Below, in pieces: positions 37,907 to 53,442 of a DNA stretch of 64,000 nucleotides. The DNA comes from the human T2T-CHM13v2.0 reference genome, Homo sapiens. The notes below the pieces were generated by a model. The model was given only the letters and a program-made list of their open reading frames with translations, was not told the origin of the DNA and did not search any database. A program made the position numbers and the translations under genes. The stretch lies in the NCBI RefSeq assembly GCF_009914755.1, contig NC_060941.1; one strand, written 5' to 3'. The stretch's first letter is position 1, and each line of letters begins with the position of its first letter.

Positions 37907-39416
37907 ATCTACTTATTTCTAGCCCCTGGCTCCACCCTAGGCCTTGATTTTGGGGTGGTTGCCAGGGAAAGAGTTCCTGGTTGGGGAGAAGGGTATCTTT
38001 GGGGCCCTTTCGCACATTTTTGCCCCACACTCATACTTAGCGATAGGTTGGGTTTTCTCAATTTTGTTCATGAGGAAACAGAACTGGGATTTGAAAAATG
38101 GGCCTTCGTGATTGCCGAGCTGGTAACTGCTCCGTGGCGTCCATTCCCCCACCCCACCCCCTACTCCTGCAGACTCCTCTTTCCCTCGTTTGTTCACGAA
38201 GACAAGTACTTGGTTAAGATGCTGCAGAGACAAGGATGTTCTCAGCCACTTCCTAGAAGAGCTCCACGCATCCTCCTACCCTCCCTTACTTCAGAGCATG
38301 GGCTGTTATGGGGAAACGACCTGGAGACATCTAAAGCCCCTCATTACAGGATGAGGAAACCGAGGCTCCCAGGTGGGGAAGTTACTTTTTTTTGAGACGG
38401 AGTCTCGCTCTGTCGCCCAGGCTGGAGTGCAGTGGCGCAATTCGGCTCACTGCAACCTCCGCCTTCCCGGTTCCAGCTATTCTCCTGCTTCAGCCTCCGG
38501 AGTAGCTGGGACTACAGGCGTGCGCCACCACGCCCTGCTAATTTTTTTGTATTTTTAGTAGAGACGAGGTTTCAACATGTTGGCCAGGCTGGTCTTGAAC
38601 TCCTAACTTGAGGTGATCCATCCGCCTCAGCCACCCAAAGTGTTGGCATTATAGGCGCGAGCCACTGGGCCCGGCCGGAAGTGGCTTTTTACTTTTTCAA
38701 GTCACTCTACTAGTGAGGAATGGAAGGATGGGACTCACGCACTGAATCTCAGTCTGGTGTTCCAGCATGTCCTAAGGGCAACCTGTCTCTCCAGTGTCAT
38801 CCCCATTTTTGGTCCTTGTTTTTCTCCTTTAAGTTCCTCCTCTCCAATAAAGGCCTGAGAGTTCTATACTACTCAGACACTGCCTAGAAATGCAGGGTTT
38901 GTAGGAATTCCTGGCCAACCCAGTATCAACAGAACCCCCAAGGGCCCAAGGGCCCAAGGACCCCAGGCTGGGAAACTCCCACGCTAAGGGTGGAGGTTTG
39001 GTTCTCCTACTCAGGGAGCCCTCTGAGTACATTTATTCCATCATGCATTCATTAATTCACACAAGATTTTCTGACTGCCTATGTGTGCCAGGCATGGTGC
39101 TGGGCATGGTAGAGCTACAGATAAGAACCAGCTGCTGCCCTTGATCACGTAGTCTGGTGGAGGAGACAGCTCTGAGGAAGAATGATGCTTATCTGACTCA
39201 GTGTCACTTAAACCTTGGCTCAGCGTCGCCGCTTTGAAACTTTCTCCTGCACACTCTTCCACCAATCTAAAGTAGTTCTCCAGCCACATGTGGTGGCACG
39301 CACCTGTAATCCCAGCTACTCAGGAGTCTGAGGCGGAGGATCTCTTGAACCGAAGAGTTCAAGGCTGCAGTAAGCTATGGTCTCGCCACTGCACTCCAGC
39401 CTGGGTGACAGAGTGA

Positions 39417-39521
<105 letters not shown>

Positions 39522-39538
39522 TGAGACCATCTTGGCTA

Positions 39539-39739
<201 letters not shown>

Positions 39740-39759
39740 TTATTTTTATTTTAATTTTG

Positions 39760-39832
39760 AAAAAATAGGGAATGCTTCATGAATTTGCAAGTCATCCTTG
39801 CACGGGGCCATGCTAATTTCTGTATCGTTCAA
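39760..39832 (-). pseudogene. 5'-truncated U6 snRNA copy
   Basis: Minus strand reads GAACGATACAGAAATTAGCATGGCCCCGTGCAAGGATGACTTGCAAATTCATGAAGCATTCCCTATTTTT. Confidence 0.9.
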
Positions 39833-40915
39833 AAAAAAATGATTGCTTAATGTACAAATGTTCAGATGTTCTCTGCAGGGATTAGTGTAAGCCCATAGCT
39901 TAGTGCTACCTGGACGAGCTGGGCCCCTTTTTTTACCCCTCCCCAGCCCCACCTTCTCCTTCCCATTTGTTCATTAACACCTTCTCTGGCAAACATGAAA
40001 GACGGAAGGGTGGGGTAGGATTGTCAGTTTCATTTCCTTTATCAGATAAGTGACAATTTCTGTCTTGGATGTGAGTCCCAAGACAGATTATAGGAGCCAT
40101 GTTAAAGAAGCTTCAAAGATTGTGGAAGAAACAAGACAACTTGTGTATTTTCAGTTTTTGTGTGTTTTCAGTCTCATAGCCATTGTAACATTTGTTCAAA
40201 GCCAGGTTTGGCCAGTTTCTAGCTGGATGACCTTCAACAAATTACCTAACCTTTCTGTGCTTCAGTTTCTTCTTTTTAGACTAACCATACTTACTTCATG
40301 GGCTTGACTTGTGTATTAAAAAAGGAAAAGTAAGCAAAGTTCCTAGACCAGAGCCTGGCATGCAGTGGCCACTCAACAGTGCAGTGGTTCTCAACCGCTG
40401 GGCCTGCTCCGTCTTCCCCTCTCCTAACTTCACCATGCTCAGGTCTGTCTCCTGTACGTTAGCTGCTGCTGCAACCTGTCACCCTCCAACTTGGGGTGTA
40501 ACAAACTAATTTCCTAAGGTCTTAATCTTAGACTAATTTCCTAAGGTCTTTAGGGATTTGGGGAGGCTCCCTGCATTGCTGGGGAAACCAGGTGGCTGGT
40601 TTTGTAGTGGAGGGGAGAAAAAGGAGGTGGCAAAGCACACTGGTGACAAACAGATGGGAAGCTTATTTATCAGCACTTGATTGAGGAGGGTGGGCAGGAA
40701 AAGGCTGGGCCGTGCTGTCTGGCAATGACTTCCCTTCTCCTTTTTCCAATCCCTCTCACACATAGCCCTTAAAAAGATTAATTCTGAATTACACAATAAA
40801 TAAAATAATCCACGCCTGTAAATCCCAACACTTTGGGAGGTCGAGGCGGGCGGATCACCTGAGATCGGGAGTTCGAGACCAGCCTGACCAACATGGAGAA
40901 ATCCTGTCTGTACTA

Positions 40916-41074
<159 letters not shown>

Positions 41075-41544
41075 TCAAAAATAAATAAATAAATAAATAA
41101 ATAAATAGATAAAGTTACAATTTACAATTTCATTCTTCTTTGATTGGCCCTCTTCTCTCCCCCACCTAATTGCTGTTGTCCTTTTGGTCACACTGCCCTT
41201 TGTGACATCTCCTTCCTTTCAGGGCTGCCCAGACTGTAGCAGGCTGCAGTGGCTGGGGAGACCCTACTCATTCCTGTGCCCCTCCTAACCAGTCCTAGAT
41301 AGGGCTAAAGAACGTCTATAAACCTTTTCAGAAGCTTCCAGTTGACACATTCTCTCTCTTCTCTGAAATCCTACAAGTGCTATCTCATGATTTACAAAGA
41401 CCCAATACATGTGCTGTCTCATTCTGTCATTGCCAGTCTTAAGTCTTAAGCCCTTTGAGGCCTGATTCTACAGCTGAGACATCCTCTATTTCTCCACCAT
41501 CTCTCTGTCTCATTCAGAGCACACAGTATGAATGAGGTCAATAA

Positions 41545-42128
<584 letters not shown>

Positions 42129-42609
42129 TGATGTGCCTGCCTCAGCCTCCCAAAGTGCTGAGTTTACAGGTATGATCCACTGCGCCTAAACATACTGTTG
42201 AGTGTAACCTCAAATAGGTCATTTAACCCTTCAGGGCTTTGTGTATCTGTAAAAGGCAGACAACAGTCCCTAACAGGCTATTGCAGATAATGGGCTTAGC
42301 ACTATGAAGCAGCTGTTTTATGGGGCTCCAGGTTCACCCTAGGTTTGACAATTGAATTATGAAAGATAAAGGAGAAAGACTTGTCAGCCTCTCCGAGTAG
42401 ATCCTTTGGCCGAAGGAGTGTCCATGTGGGGTGGTATCTCGGCCTGGTGGAGGGGGATGCGATGGTAGTGAGAATATTAGGGTATTCATATCTTTCCTCC
42501 CGAGTCAAACGTTGCCAGGCACGTTCCTTTCGCCCCTCCCACCCTCCATTCTGCATTAATTCCAAGTTTAATTCCAAATATTAGAGTGTGGTAGAAAAGG
42601 TCAAATAGA

Positions 42610-42740
42610 GCAGCCACGGATTAAGCAAACGCCCCTCCGCGTATGGTGGGGGCTGCAGCGCCCGTAGCTCCACGCTCCGCCCCGCCGCCGCTGATTGTCC
42701 CGCGCCTTGTGACGTCACACGCGGGTTTTTAAGGCCGAAC
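42610..42740 (+). promoter_or_regulatory. ARL4D: ARL4D CpG-island core promoter
   Basis: GC box at about 42677, palindromic CRE TGTGACGTCACA at 42708-42719, and a TATA-like TTTTAA just after. Confidence 0.75.
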
Positions 42741-42857
42741 CCTAGGCAGGCTCTGCAGAGGCAGCGGTTGGAGGCGCGGTGGGTGTCTGCGGGGGTCTCG
42801 CGGGGCGGCTGCGGTGTTTCACCGGGAAAGGCTCGAGGAGAGCGCGGCTCACGAGAG
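42741..42857 (+). other. ARL4D: ARL4D non-coding exon 1 (intron 42858-43424)
   Basis: Donor GAG|GTAAAC at 42857/42858. Polypyrimidine tract and TTCAG| acceptor at 43424. The start position is approximate. Confidence 0.65.
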
Positions 42858-43496
42858 GTAAACGGACCCTGCAGACCGTGCTGAGGCGGTCCCGGTGCCG
42901 GGCCGCTGGAGCTGGGGTCGGCCATCGGAGGAGGGCGGGCGGGCAGGAGAGTGTCGCGGGGCGGTGGGGCGAGGGTCGCGGAGTAAGGAAGGGCACCGTG
43001 TCAACGGCTTGGGGCTTCGGAGGGCGGGTGGGAGCCGGACTCAATCTCCGGTCTCAGCGTCTGCACCCTAGCTCTTAGTTTGGGGGCACTGTCGACTTCC
43101 CCCGTCCCTCGGGGATCTTGCCTGGGGGATGGCGCCATAAGCTCTGAGAAGAGGCTCTAGAAGCCCACTGTCCATGGATCGAGCCCTCACCCCCCACTTG
43201 AGTGGCCCAGGACCTGGGAGTCTCTCTAGGTCCCATCGTCCCCCTCACGACCCCCCCAGGGAGTGGGGGAACACCTCTGTTATGCCTTAAAAAAAAAAAA
43301 AAAAAGGAAAGGAATTTTAAAAATGAAGGATGGGAGGGTGATTTAGGAAGGGATCAAGAAGTTGCAAATCTTGTGTGTATTATTAAACGTCTCCTTTTTC
43401 TCCCATGACCTTTTCTTGGTTCAGATAACCCAGCTGTGCTCCCTGGAACCTTCAATTTCAAGGCCTCCCTGCCTCTACTAGGCGCCTTAGCTCACT

Positions 43497-44102
43497 ATGG
43501 GGAACCACTTGACTGAGATGGCGCCCACTGCCTCCTCCTTCTTGCCCCACTTCCAAGCCCTGCATGTCGTGGTCATTGGGCTGGACTCTGCTGGAAAGAC
43601 CTCCCTCCTTTACCGCCTCAAGTTCAAGGAGTTTGTCCAGAGTGTCCCCACCAAAGGCTTCAACACCGAGAAGATCCGGGTGCCCCTCGGGGGATCGCGT
43701 GGCATCACCTTCCAAGTGTGGGACGTCGGGGGGCAGGAGAAGCTGCGACCACTGTGGCGCTCTTATACCCGCCGGACAGACGGTCTAGTGTTTGTGGTGG
43801 ACGCTGCGGAGGCTGAGCGGCTGGAGGAAGCCAAGGTGGAGTTGCACCGAATCAGCCGGGCCTCGGACAACCAGGGCGTGCCAGTGCTGGTGCTGGCCAA
43901 CAAGCAGGACCAGCCCGGGGCACTGAGCGCTGCTGAGGTGGAGAAGAGGCTGGCAGTCCGAGAGCTAGCAGCCGCCACTCTCACTCATGTGCAAGGCTGC
44001 AGCGCTGTGGACGGTCTGGGCCTGCAGCAGGGCCTTGAGCGCCTCTATGAGATGATCCTCAAGAGGAAGAAGGCAGCTCGGGGTGGCAAGAAGAGACGGT
44101 GA
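43497..44102 (+). CDS. ARL4D: ADP-ribosylation factor-like GTPase 4D, 201 aa, single coding exon
   Basis: MG myristoylation start, GLDSAGKT P-loop, WDVGGQE, NKQD and the basic tail [13 protein letters not shown]. Candidate poly(A) signal ATTAAA at 44679-44684. Confidence 0.98.
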
Positions 44103-45602
44103 CCCAAGCCCCCCCTCCCTTTCCTCCCACCTAGTAGGGGTCTGCACACTTGGACAGCAGGGTGGGACCAGCCTGTGACCTCTCAGTCAGACTGGGGTGC
44201 AGGACCTGTCCACCTCAATGAAGGAGAGAGGAGCATGGGGTGTCCCGTTTTGGTGCCACACTGGGGTGGGGATGGGAGATGGGATGTCTTTGCATATCTC
44301 TCTCATCCTCTCTGGAGAAGTGGGCGCTGCAGGACTGTGGAGACGTAAATGTAAACTGTGACTCTACCTCGACCCTGTTTCTTATTTTTCTTCTCTGGCT
44401 AAAAATTTTTAATTGGATGTGTTTGGGGGCGGGGGGATGGAAGTGACTTGGAGAATGTGTTTGGGATGAAATAACTATCTCCCCTTCCTCTGTCCCCCAA
44501 CTGGGGAGTCTCCCCAGGCTGCTTTTCTAGGAATACCAGTCACATAGTTTTTATTTTTGTGTCTGTGAAAGTGCCAAGAACCCCTCCCCACATTTGTAGA
44601 TCCATGACCCTTTTTATAAGCTGTGTGTGTCCTCTGTATTATTGTTATTAACTATTTTTTAGCATTTGCCTGTAAGTTATTAAAGACTGATAACTGTAGC
44701 TCTTACCTTGGTCTGGGGCATTTTCCTCTCCTTATCTTGCCCCAGAGACAATTCAAGATTTCTATATGGGGTTGTGGCGCAGGGGGAGGGAGATTTATCT
44801 TGAAGCTGAATTTGCAAAGCAAGCACTTATAAAAATTAGATTGTGTGTTACGGGATGGCTTGTGAAAATTATAGGGGGGAGTGGAAAACCCCTCAAGCTA
44901 TTGCCTGATCTCTGTAGTTTTTTGGGTGGGGTCACTTCCTTTTTCTCTGATTTAACACCCCTCCCCTCATCCTCTGGGTCTTACTTGTCCCTTATATCAA
45001 CTGCTCCTTGCAGATTTAACTTCAAATTTTGCTAGTCTGAGCTACTCCTAGGTTCTTGACCTTGGTGACACCTAAGTCTATATAGGTAAGTCCTCAAAGA
45101 GCCATTCTGTTCCCATCCTCCCCACTTCCCCAGTCTTAGGTTGGTTTGATTTTTTTCCTCCTTGTAAGATGTGGTGAGAGTGGAAAGTAATTCCTCCCTG
45201 GCCTTAAGTCACCTCTGTGTACTCAATCCTGCTGACTGGCTCACTGGCATGATGGCAGCGGCTGGTGCTAGGGAGGCCTGGGCTGGATTGAGCCAGCCTG
45301 GCCCTGGTGACTAAGCCATGAGTTTTCCAGCTCTGGGAATGGTAGCTCTTCTCACGAGAGGGGCAGAAGTAGTAGCTGTTTGTGCTTGGTGGCAGAGAGG
45401 ACTGCTGGACATACACCCTCCAGACTCCAAGATAGAAGGGGGAAGACATAAGCCCCCAGTATTTGTGGTGATTGTAAGAATAAAATGCTAATATTACAAG
45501 GGCTTGAGTGCCCCTACTCACCAGCACCAGGGCCAGCTATGTCTGATAACAGAACCCTTAGATCCTCTTAATCTTCTGGGTGGGAGCAGTGAGTAAGAAC
45601 TA

Positions 45603-45830
<228 letters not shown>

Positions 45831-47072
45831 TCACACCCTGCTTCTCCCCAGTTCTGTCTCCTCTTCTCCGGAATCAGATGAAAGGACCTGGGGAGAAAGA
45901 GAAGGTGCCGGCAACCCCCACTTCTGGGGAAGGTTTCCTAAAGAACTTGCTTCTTCCTACCCAGCGCTGCCAGAAGCTCAGATTTGGTCCCCTCCCCATC
46001 CCTGTAGCTGGCAGGATTGGGGTGAGTGTGCATTGATCCGGAAGGGTGCCCAAGTGTGCGTCAGTGCTAGGGCCTGCTTGACAGAACTGCTGGGCTGGTT
46101 CTGCTGGGAACATGTGCTACCTGCCCCTCCCCCAGACACACCTGCGACTCCTCTCCCAGTCTTTTTGGGGCACAGTCCTATAGCCCAAGGACAGGTTGAG
46201 GCCCCAGTCCAGGCTGGAAAGGAACTGGCCAGAACTGACCCTCTGTCCTGCCAGGAGATCTTTCCTCCCCACCCCACCCAAATTCTGCTCTTTTGTCTTA
46301 AAATCTTCAATTATACATTTTCATTTCTTGTCACTTGGTGTACTTAGGTCTCCAGATTTGGGGGAAGAGGTGCAGAGGTGTTCCCCAATCCCTAGCAGAG
46401 GGGCCTCCAAGATGTCAGCTCCTGATTCTGGCTCTTCCAACCACACTCCTTCCCTACCTGCTTAAAACAGGTATCTTCTGCTTCCCCATGCCCAGCCCTG
46501 GGGGCGGTCAGGGATCATGGTCCACAGGAGGCCTTTGAATGTCCCAGGCTCTTCCCCAGTCCCTCTGGCCTGACTGTCCAGCTGGTGGCACTAAAGGAAG
46601 ATGGGGGCTTGTGTCAGAGAGAGACGGAGAAGCCAACTGCTCTGCCAGAGTAGTGGGGAGAGGGGAACACTGGGGAATTCTGAGTAGAAAGCCACAAATT
46701 GTGGCCGGGTCAGAGTCAGGAGCTTTGGAATAATCCTCCTGCCTTGGCTCATCAAAGGGACTGGAGAGCTGGAAGGGAAGGGATCACTTCCTATCTGCAG
46801 GATGAGAGAGGGAGAGAGAACCTCTCACTCTCCAGTCCTGCCCAGAGATTCTGCATTTTGAACTCAGGGCAAGGGCAAGGAATGAGGGTGTGATCAGGAT
46901 GGAGAGTGAGGTTATATTTGCCCTGTACTGGCTTCTCTATTAAGTAGGATTTCTTCGAGACCCTGGCATGGGTGCTGAGGAGCTCTTCCTTGGGGGCCAA
47001 GAGTGGTGTGGCTGAGGCTAGTTGCCTGTAAAGTTGAGGGAAACCTGCTGTAGACCCAGAGTTCCAGAGTAG

Positions 47073-47375
<303 letters not shown>

Positions 47376-48239
47376 TGAGGCTTTCTTCTGAGCTGTCCTT
47401 CCCCACCCAGCCACCCCTTCTTGCACAGGTTGGAACATAAAATCCAGATGGAAGCCTTCCTTTCCTGGAGCTCCTCATCATGAGGGCAAAGATGGCAGTG
47501 GTCCCCCACTTTCCCATGCCCTTTCCAGTCCTCTCCATGCTGCAAGGGCTCAAGGAAGACAGAGGAAGGAAAGAAGTCCCTAAGGCCCAGAGTGGGCAGT
47601 GACTTGCCCGCGGATACACGGCCACTTAGCAGTGCACCCAGCTCCTTCCTCCCAGGCCAGGTCTTTGTACTCCCAGGGCAGAGGATAGGAGGTAGGAGAC
47701 AGGGAGCGAGCACAGTTATCTCAGAGCTCAGATTCCCCCCTCCCTCCCTCTTCCCTCTCCTTGATTAGATTAAGGACCAGCTTTCCGCTCTCTCACTCCC
47801 CTTCCTGGGGAGTGAGAGCTTTATCTCCTAAGCCCAGCAGAGGTCTGGCCTCAAATCTGGCCAGAAGTTCCCATCCTTCCTTTATCCTGACCACGTGTCA
47901 TTGCAAGTCTTTCTTGAGATGGACACCTCCACCAGGGCCTGGGAAGTGCTGAGTTCTGCCCAAGTGCTAGGAGCACACAGGACAGCATGTTCTCTAACAC
48001 AAGCCTGTTTTGAATGGGGCCAGTGGGTAGAGAGGAAAGGGAGGGAGTGAGGGTGGCAAGGGAGACCCAGGCCAGCATTCAGCTGGAAAGGGTGGGCAGT
48101 GTGGCTGCACTTCATTTCCAAGGCCATCTGTTGGGGAGTTTGTGGGTGGATGCATGAGACCTCCTCCTCTGGATGATCCAGAAGAGGGTATTCGCTGTTC
48201 CCTTAAAAAATTTTTTTGAACATGTTAGATATTCCTATT

Positions 48240-49664
<1,425 letters not shown>

Positions 49665-50156
49665 TCATTTATATCTTGGACATTATTCCATGCATGCCAT
49701 TATTCCATTATACCACTGCCATCTTTGCCCTCATGAGGAGGGGCTTCAGAAGGGAAGGCTTCCATCTGGATTTTTCTCATTCTTTTTGATGACCACATGA
49801 GATTCCATTGTATGAATGTACCATCATTAATTAATTAAATCACTTGTTGAAGACACAGTCTGCCCACAGCCATGGTCCTCCTTGCATATATATTTTTTGG
49901 TACACTTGGGGAAGCTTTCCCATAAGATATATTCCTAGAGTTGCAATTGTTGTGTCAAAGGGTGTATGTATTTAAAGTTGTCATAGATACTGCCAAAGTT
50001 TATGTGTTTGTGTAGAGGTTGGGTGGGAGGGAAATTAAATCCAGCTTCCTCATCCTCTATTCCCAGATCTCAAGGCTTTTTCAAGCTAAGATGTGTGTAT
50101 ATGGTAGAGGAGACATTACAGTGCTCTTGCTTTTTTTTTTTTTTTTTCTTTTTTGA

Positions 50157-50261
<105 letters not shown>

Positions 50262-51007
50262 TGAGTAGCTGGGATTACAGGCATGCGCCACCATGCCTGG
50301 CTAATTTTGTATTTTTAGTAGAGGCAGGGTTTCTCCATGTTGGTCAGGCTGGTCTCGAACTCCCGACCTCAGGTGATCTGCCCGGCTCGGCCTTCCAAAG
50401 TGCTGGGATTACAGGCACGAGCCACTGCACCTGGCCTCCTTATTTATTTTTTATTTTTTTAAAATTTTTTTCACCAGAGCTGCCAGTAAAGGCGCCTGTG
50501 CTTTTTGGGAGGTAAGGAATAAAATCACCAGCAACTCAGCAGAGGATTTGCAGGGATAGCGAGTAAGCTTGGGCTCACTTTCCGGGGCTAAGGATTGAGC
50601 GCCACCTGGGACTGCCTGGCTGGTGGCGGAGGTGGGCAGATGGTGAGGACTCCCTAGCACCCAGCTTGTCACAGACGTCAGGCAGAGTGGGCGAAACAAG
50701 CCCTGAAATAGATTCCCGGGATTTGGCTTAGGGAGGAAGTGAGGCTGAGACCAAGAGTGTATGCTCTGAAGGGAACACAGAGAAGGAAACTTCAGCCCGA
50801 ATGAATTGGGCAGCAGTGGAGCCCTGGACCTCCCCCATACAGACACCCCACCCCCATGTAGAGACTCCCACCAACTGCTATAGCTCAAGGACTCTTGTAA
50901 AAGGAAGCAGAAGCCTGAAGTAGCAGATATCTTGGTCACTCTGGAGTGTTTGGGGCTTGACTTAAGGCTCCTGGGAAAATCCTGGGTCTATGCCCCTCCT
51001 CAGTGGA

Positions 51008-51057
51008 GTGGGGAGGTGGGGAGGTGGGGAGGTGGGGAGGTGGGGAGGTGGGGAGGT
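51008..51057 (+). repeat. (GTGGGGAG)x6 tandem repeat, G-quadruplex-prone
   Basis: Six GGGG runs with an 8-bp period. Confidence 0.9.
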
Positions 51058-52417
51058 GAGCAAGCGGGAGAGCTTATCTCTTTAGCAGTCCCTACCTCCT
51101 CCTATTAAATTTGTTAAATCTCATGAGAAATCCTTTGGAGGAGGGTGGGGGGACAGCTGGGTTTCAAAAGCTTGTTGAAAGTGAAGTTTGGTGCTTTTGA
51201 TTGTATTTGTTTTTATAAGATTACCATTGCTTTGCATTCCAGATGCCTCTCTTATCCTTAAGGAGAGAGAAGACAGAACTGCTTACTCACTCTCTGGAAC
51301 TCTCCTAGCCTGATGGGGGAGGAACAGAGCCACCAGTCTGACTTTGCAGTGCCCCAAACAGTAACCCACAAGGCAACATACAGGTTAAGACTTGGCTCTG
51401 CCACCAACTTCTGTGACTTTGACCGAGCCATTTCTAGTCTCTTGGCCTCAGTTTACTCATCTGTAAAGTGAGGGGATTGAGTAGGCAATAGCAGATCTTT
51501 TCTAGTACACTTTCTATGGTTCTCAGTACAAGGTGGGCATGGGAAGCTCTTTAATAGTCTTTCTCTCTTCATCTGTTTTTTTGTTTTTGTTTTATTTGTT
51601 TGCTTGTTTTTGAGACAGAGTTTTGCTGTCACCCAGGCTGGAGCGCAGGGATACAATCCTGGCTCACCGCAGCCTTGACCTCCCAGTTTCAAGCGATTCT
51701 CCCATCTCAACCTCCCAAGTAGCTGGAACTACTGGCATGTGCCACCATGCCCAGCTAATTCTTTTATTTTTTTAGAGACAGGGTCTCTATCAGTTAAGGT
51801 TGGAGAATTTATCTGGGAAGGCTTCCTGGAGGAGGTAAGGAAAAGAAGTCAGCTTGGAGCCAGAATTAAGTATTCTGATTAATGAGGGACCTGGAGCATT
51901 GTAGGCTTCGGAGCACCTTTTTGGCTCCACCTACTCCTCAGGAGGAAAGGCCTGAGTCTGAGGTTTAATAGATACAGTTTTGTTCCTCCTTTCCCTGTAA
52001 TTACCTGGCCTGAGACACTCTCAGACTCTGTCCACCACTCCTGTCCTTCAACTCCTCCCACTGTCACCTGAGGATAGGCTGTATCTAGATTCACATTCTC
52101 TACCTCCTACTCCAGAAGAGTAGGTTGTAGGGCAGGTGTCAAAGAAGAGACTCCCAAGCTCTAGACCTGTGGTGTCCAATATGGCAGCCATGAGCCACAC
52201 ATGGTGATTGAACATGGGGAGTGTGGCTGGTCTGAACTGAGATATGCTGTACGTGTAAAATACACAACAGATTCAGAGCCTTCATGTGAAAAAAGAATGT
52301 AAAATTTCTTATTAATACTTTTTATATTGATTATGCATATGTTGAAGTGATACTTTTTACATAATGAGTTAAATAAAATGATTAAAATTAGATTCAGTTG
52401 TTTCTTTTTAACATTAA

Positions 52418-52690
<273 letters not shown>

Positions 52691-53442
52691 TAGTAGAGAT
52701 GGGGTTTCATTATGTTGGCCAGGCTGGTCTTGAACTCCTGGCCTCGGAGTCCACCCACCTTGGCCTCCCAAAGTGCTGGGACTACAGGCGTGAGCCACTG
52801 TGCCCGGCTTCACATTCTGTTTCTACAGATAGTGCATCCACATATTTGGGGGGAAGGAGCATTATGAGTAAAAGAATGAAACACTTGTTCTCCTTTTTGT
52901 CTGAAATCAGAAGAGAAACAGGGCCAGGCGCAGTGGTTCATGTCTGTAATCCCAGCACTTTGGGAGGCTGAGACGGGAGGATTGCTTGAACTCAGAGTTC
53001 AGGACCAGCTTGGGCAACTAAAGAAGATCCTGTCTTTACAAAAAGAAAAATTAGCTGTGCATGGTGGCTCCTGTGGTCCCAGCTACTCAGGAGGCTAAGG
53101 AGGGAGGATTGCTTGAGCCTAGGAGGCAGAGGCTGCAGTCGTTGTGTTCAAACCACTGCAACTGCACTCCAGCTTCAGTGACAGAGTGAGACCCTGTCTC
53201 AGAGAAAAAAAAAAAAAGAGAAACAGACCAGAACTGTAACAGTATGGAAGGAAGGTAAATTATAGGAAGGCCTTCTTGATAGGAAGGACTGAAAAACCTG
53301 AAAGATCCACATACTTCTTTTCTTGGAAAGCTTTCAGAATAGGAGAGGACTTTGCATATCTTAAATCATTTTAAGATGGTATCTTCAGTACCGCCAATAC
53401 CACACCTTAGAAACAAGCTGCTGTTAAGAAACTAGGCTTCGC

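Noticed and set aside
50595-50612. Second CTCF-like motif (GCGCCACCTGGGA)
   Set aside because: Only a partial match, too weak without binding data.
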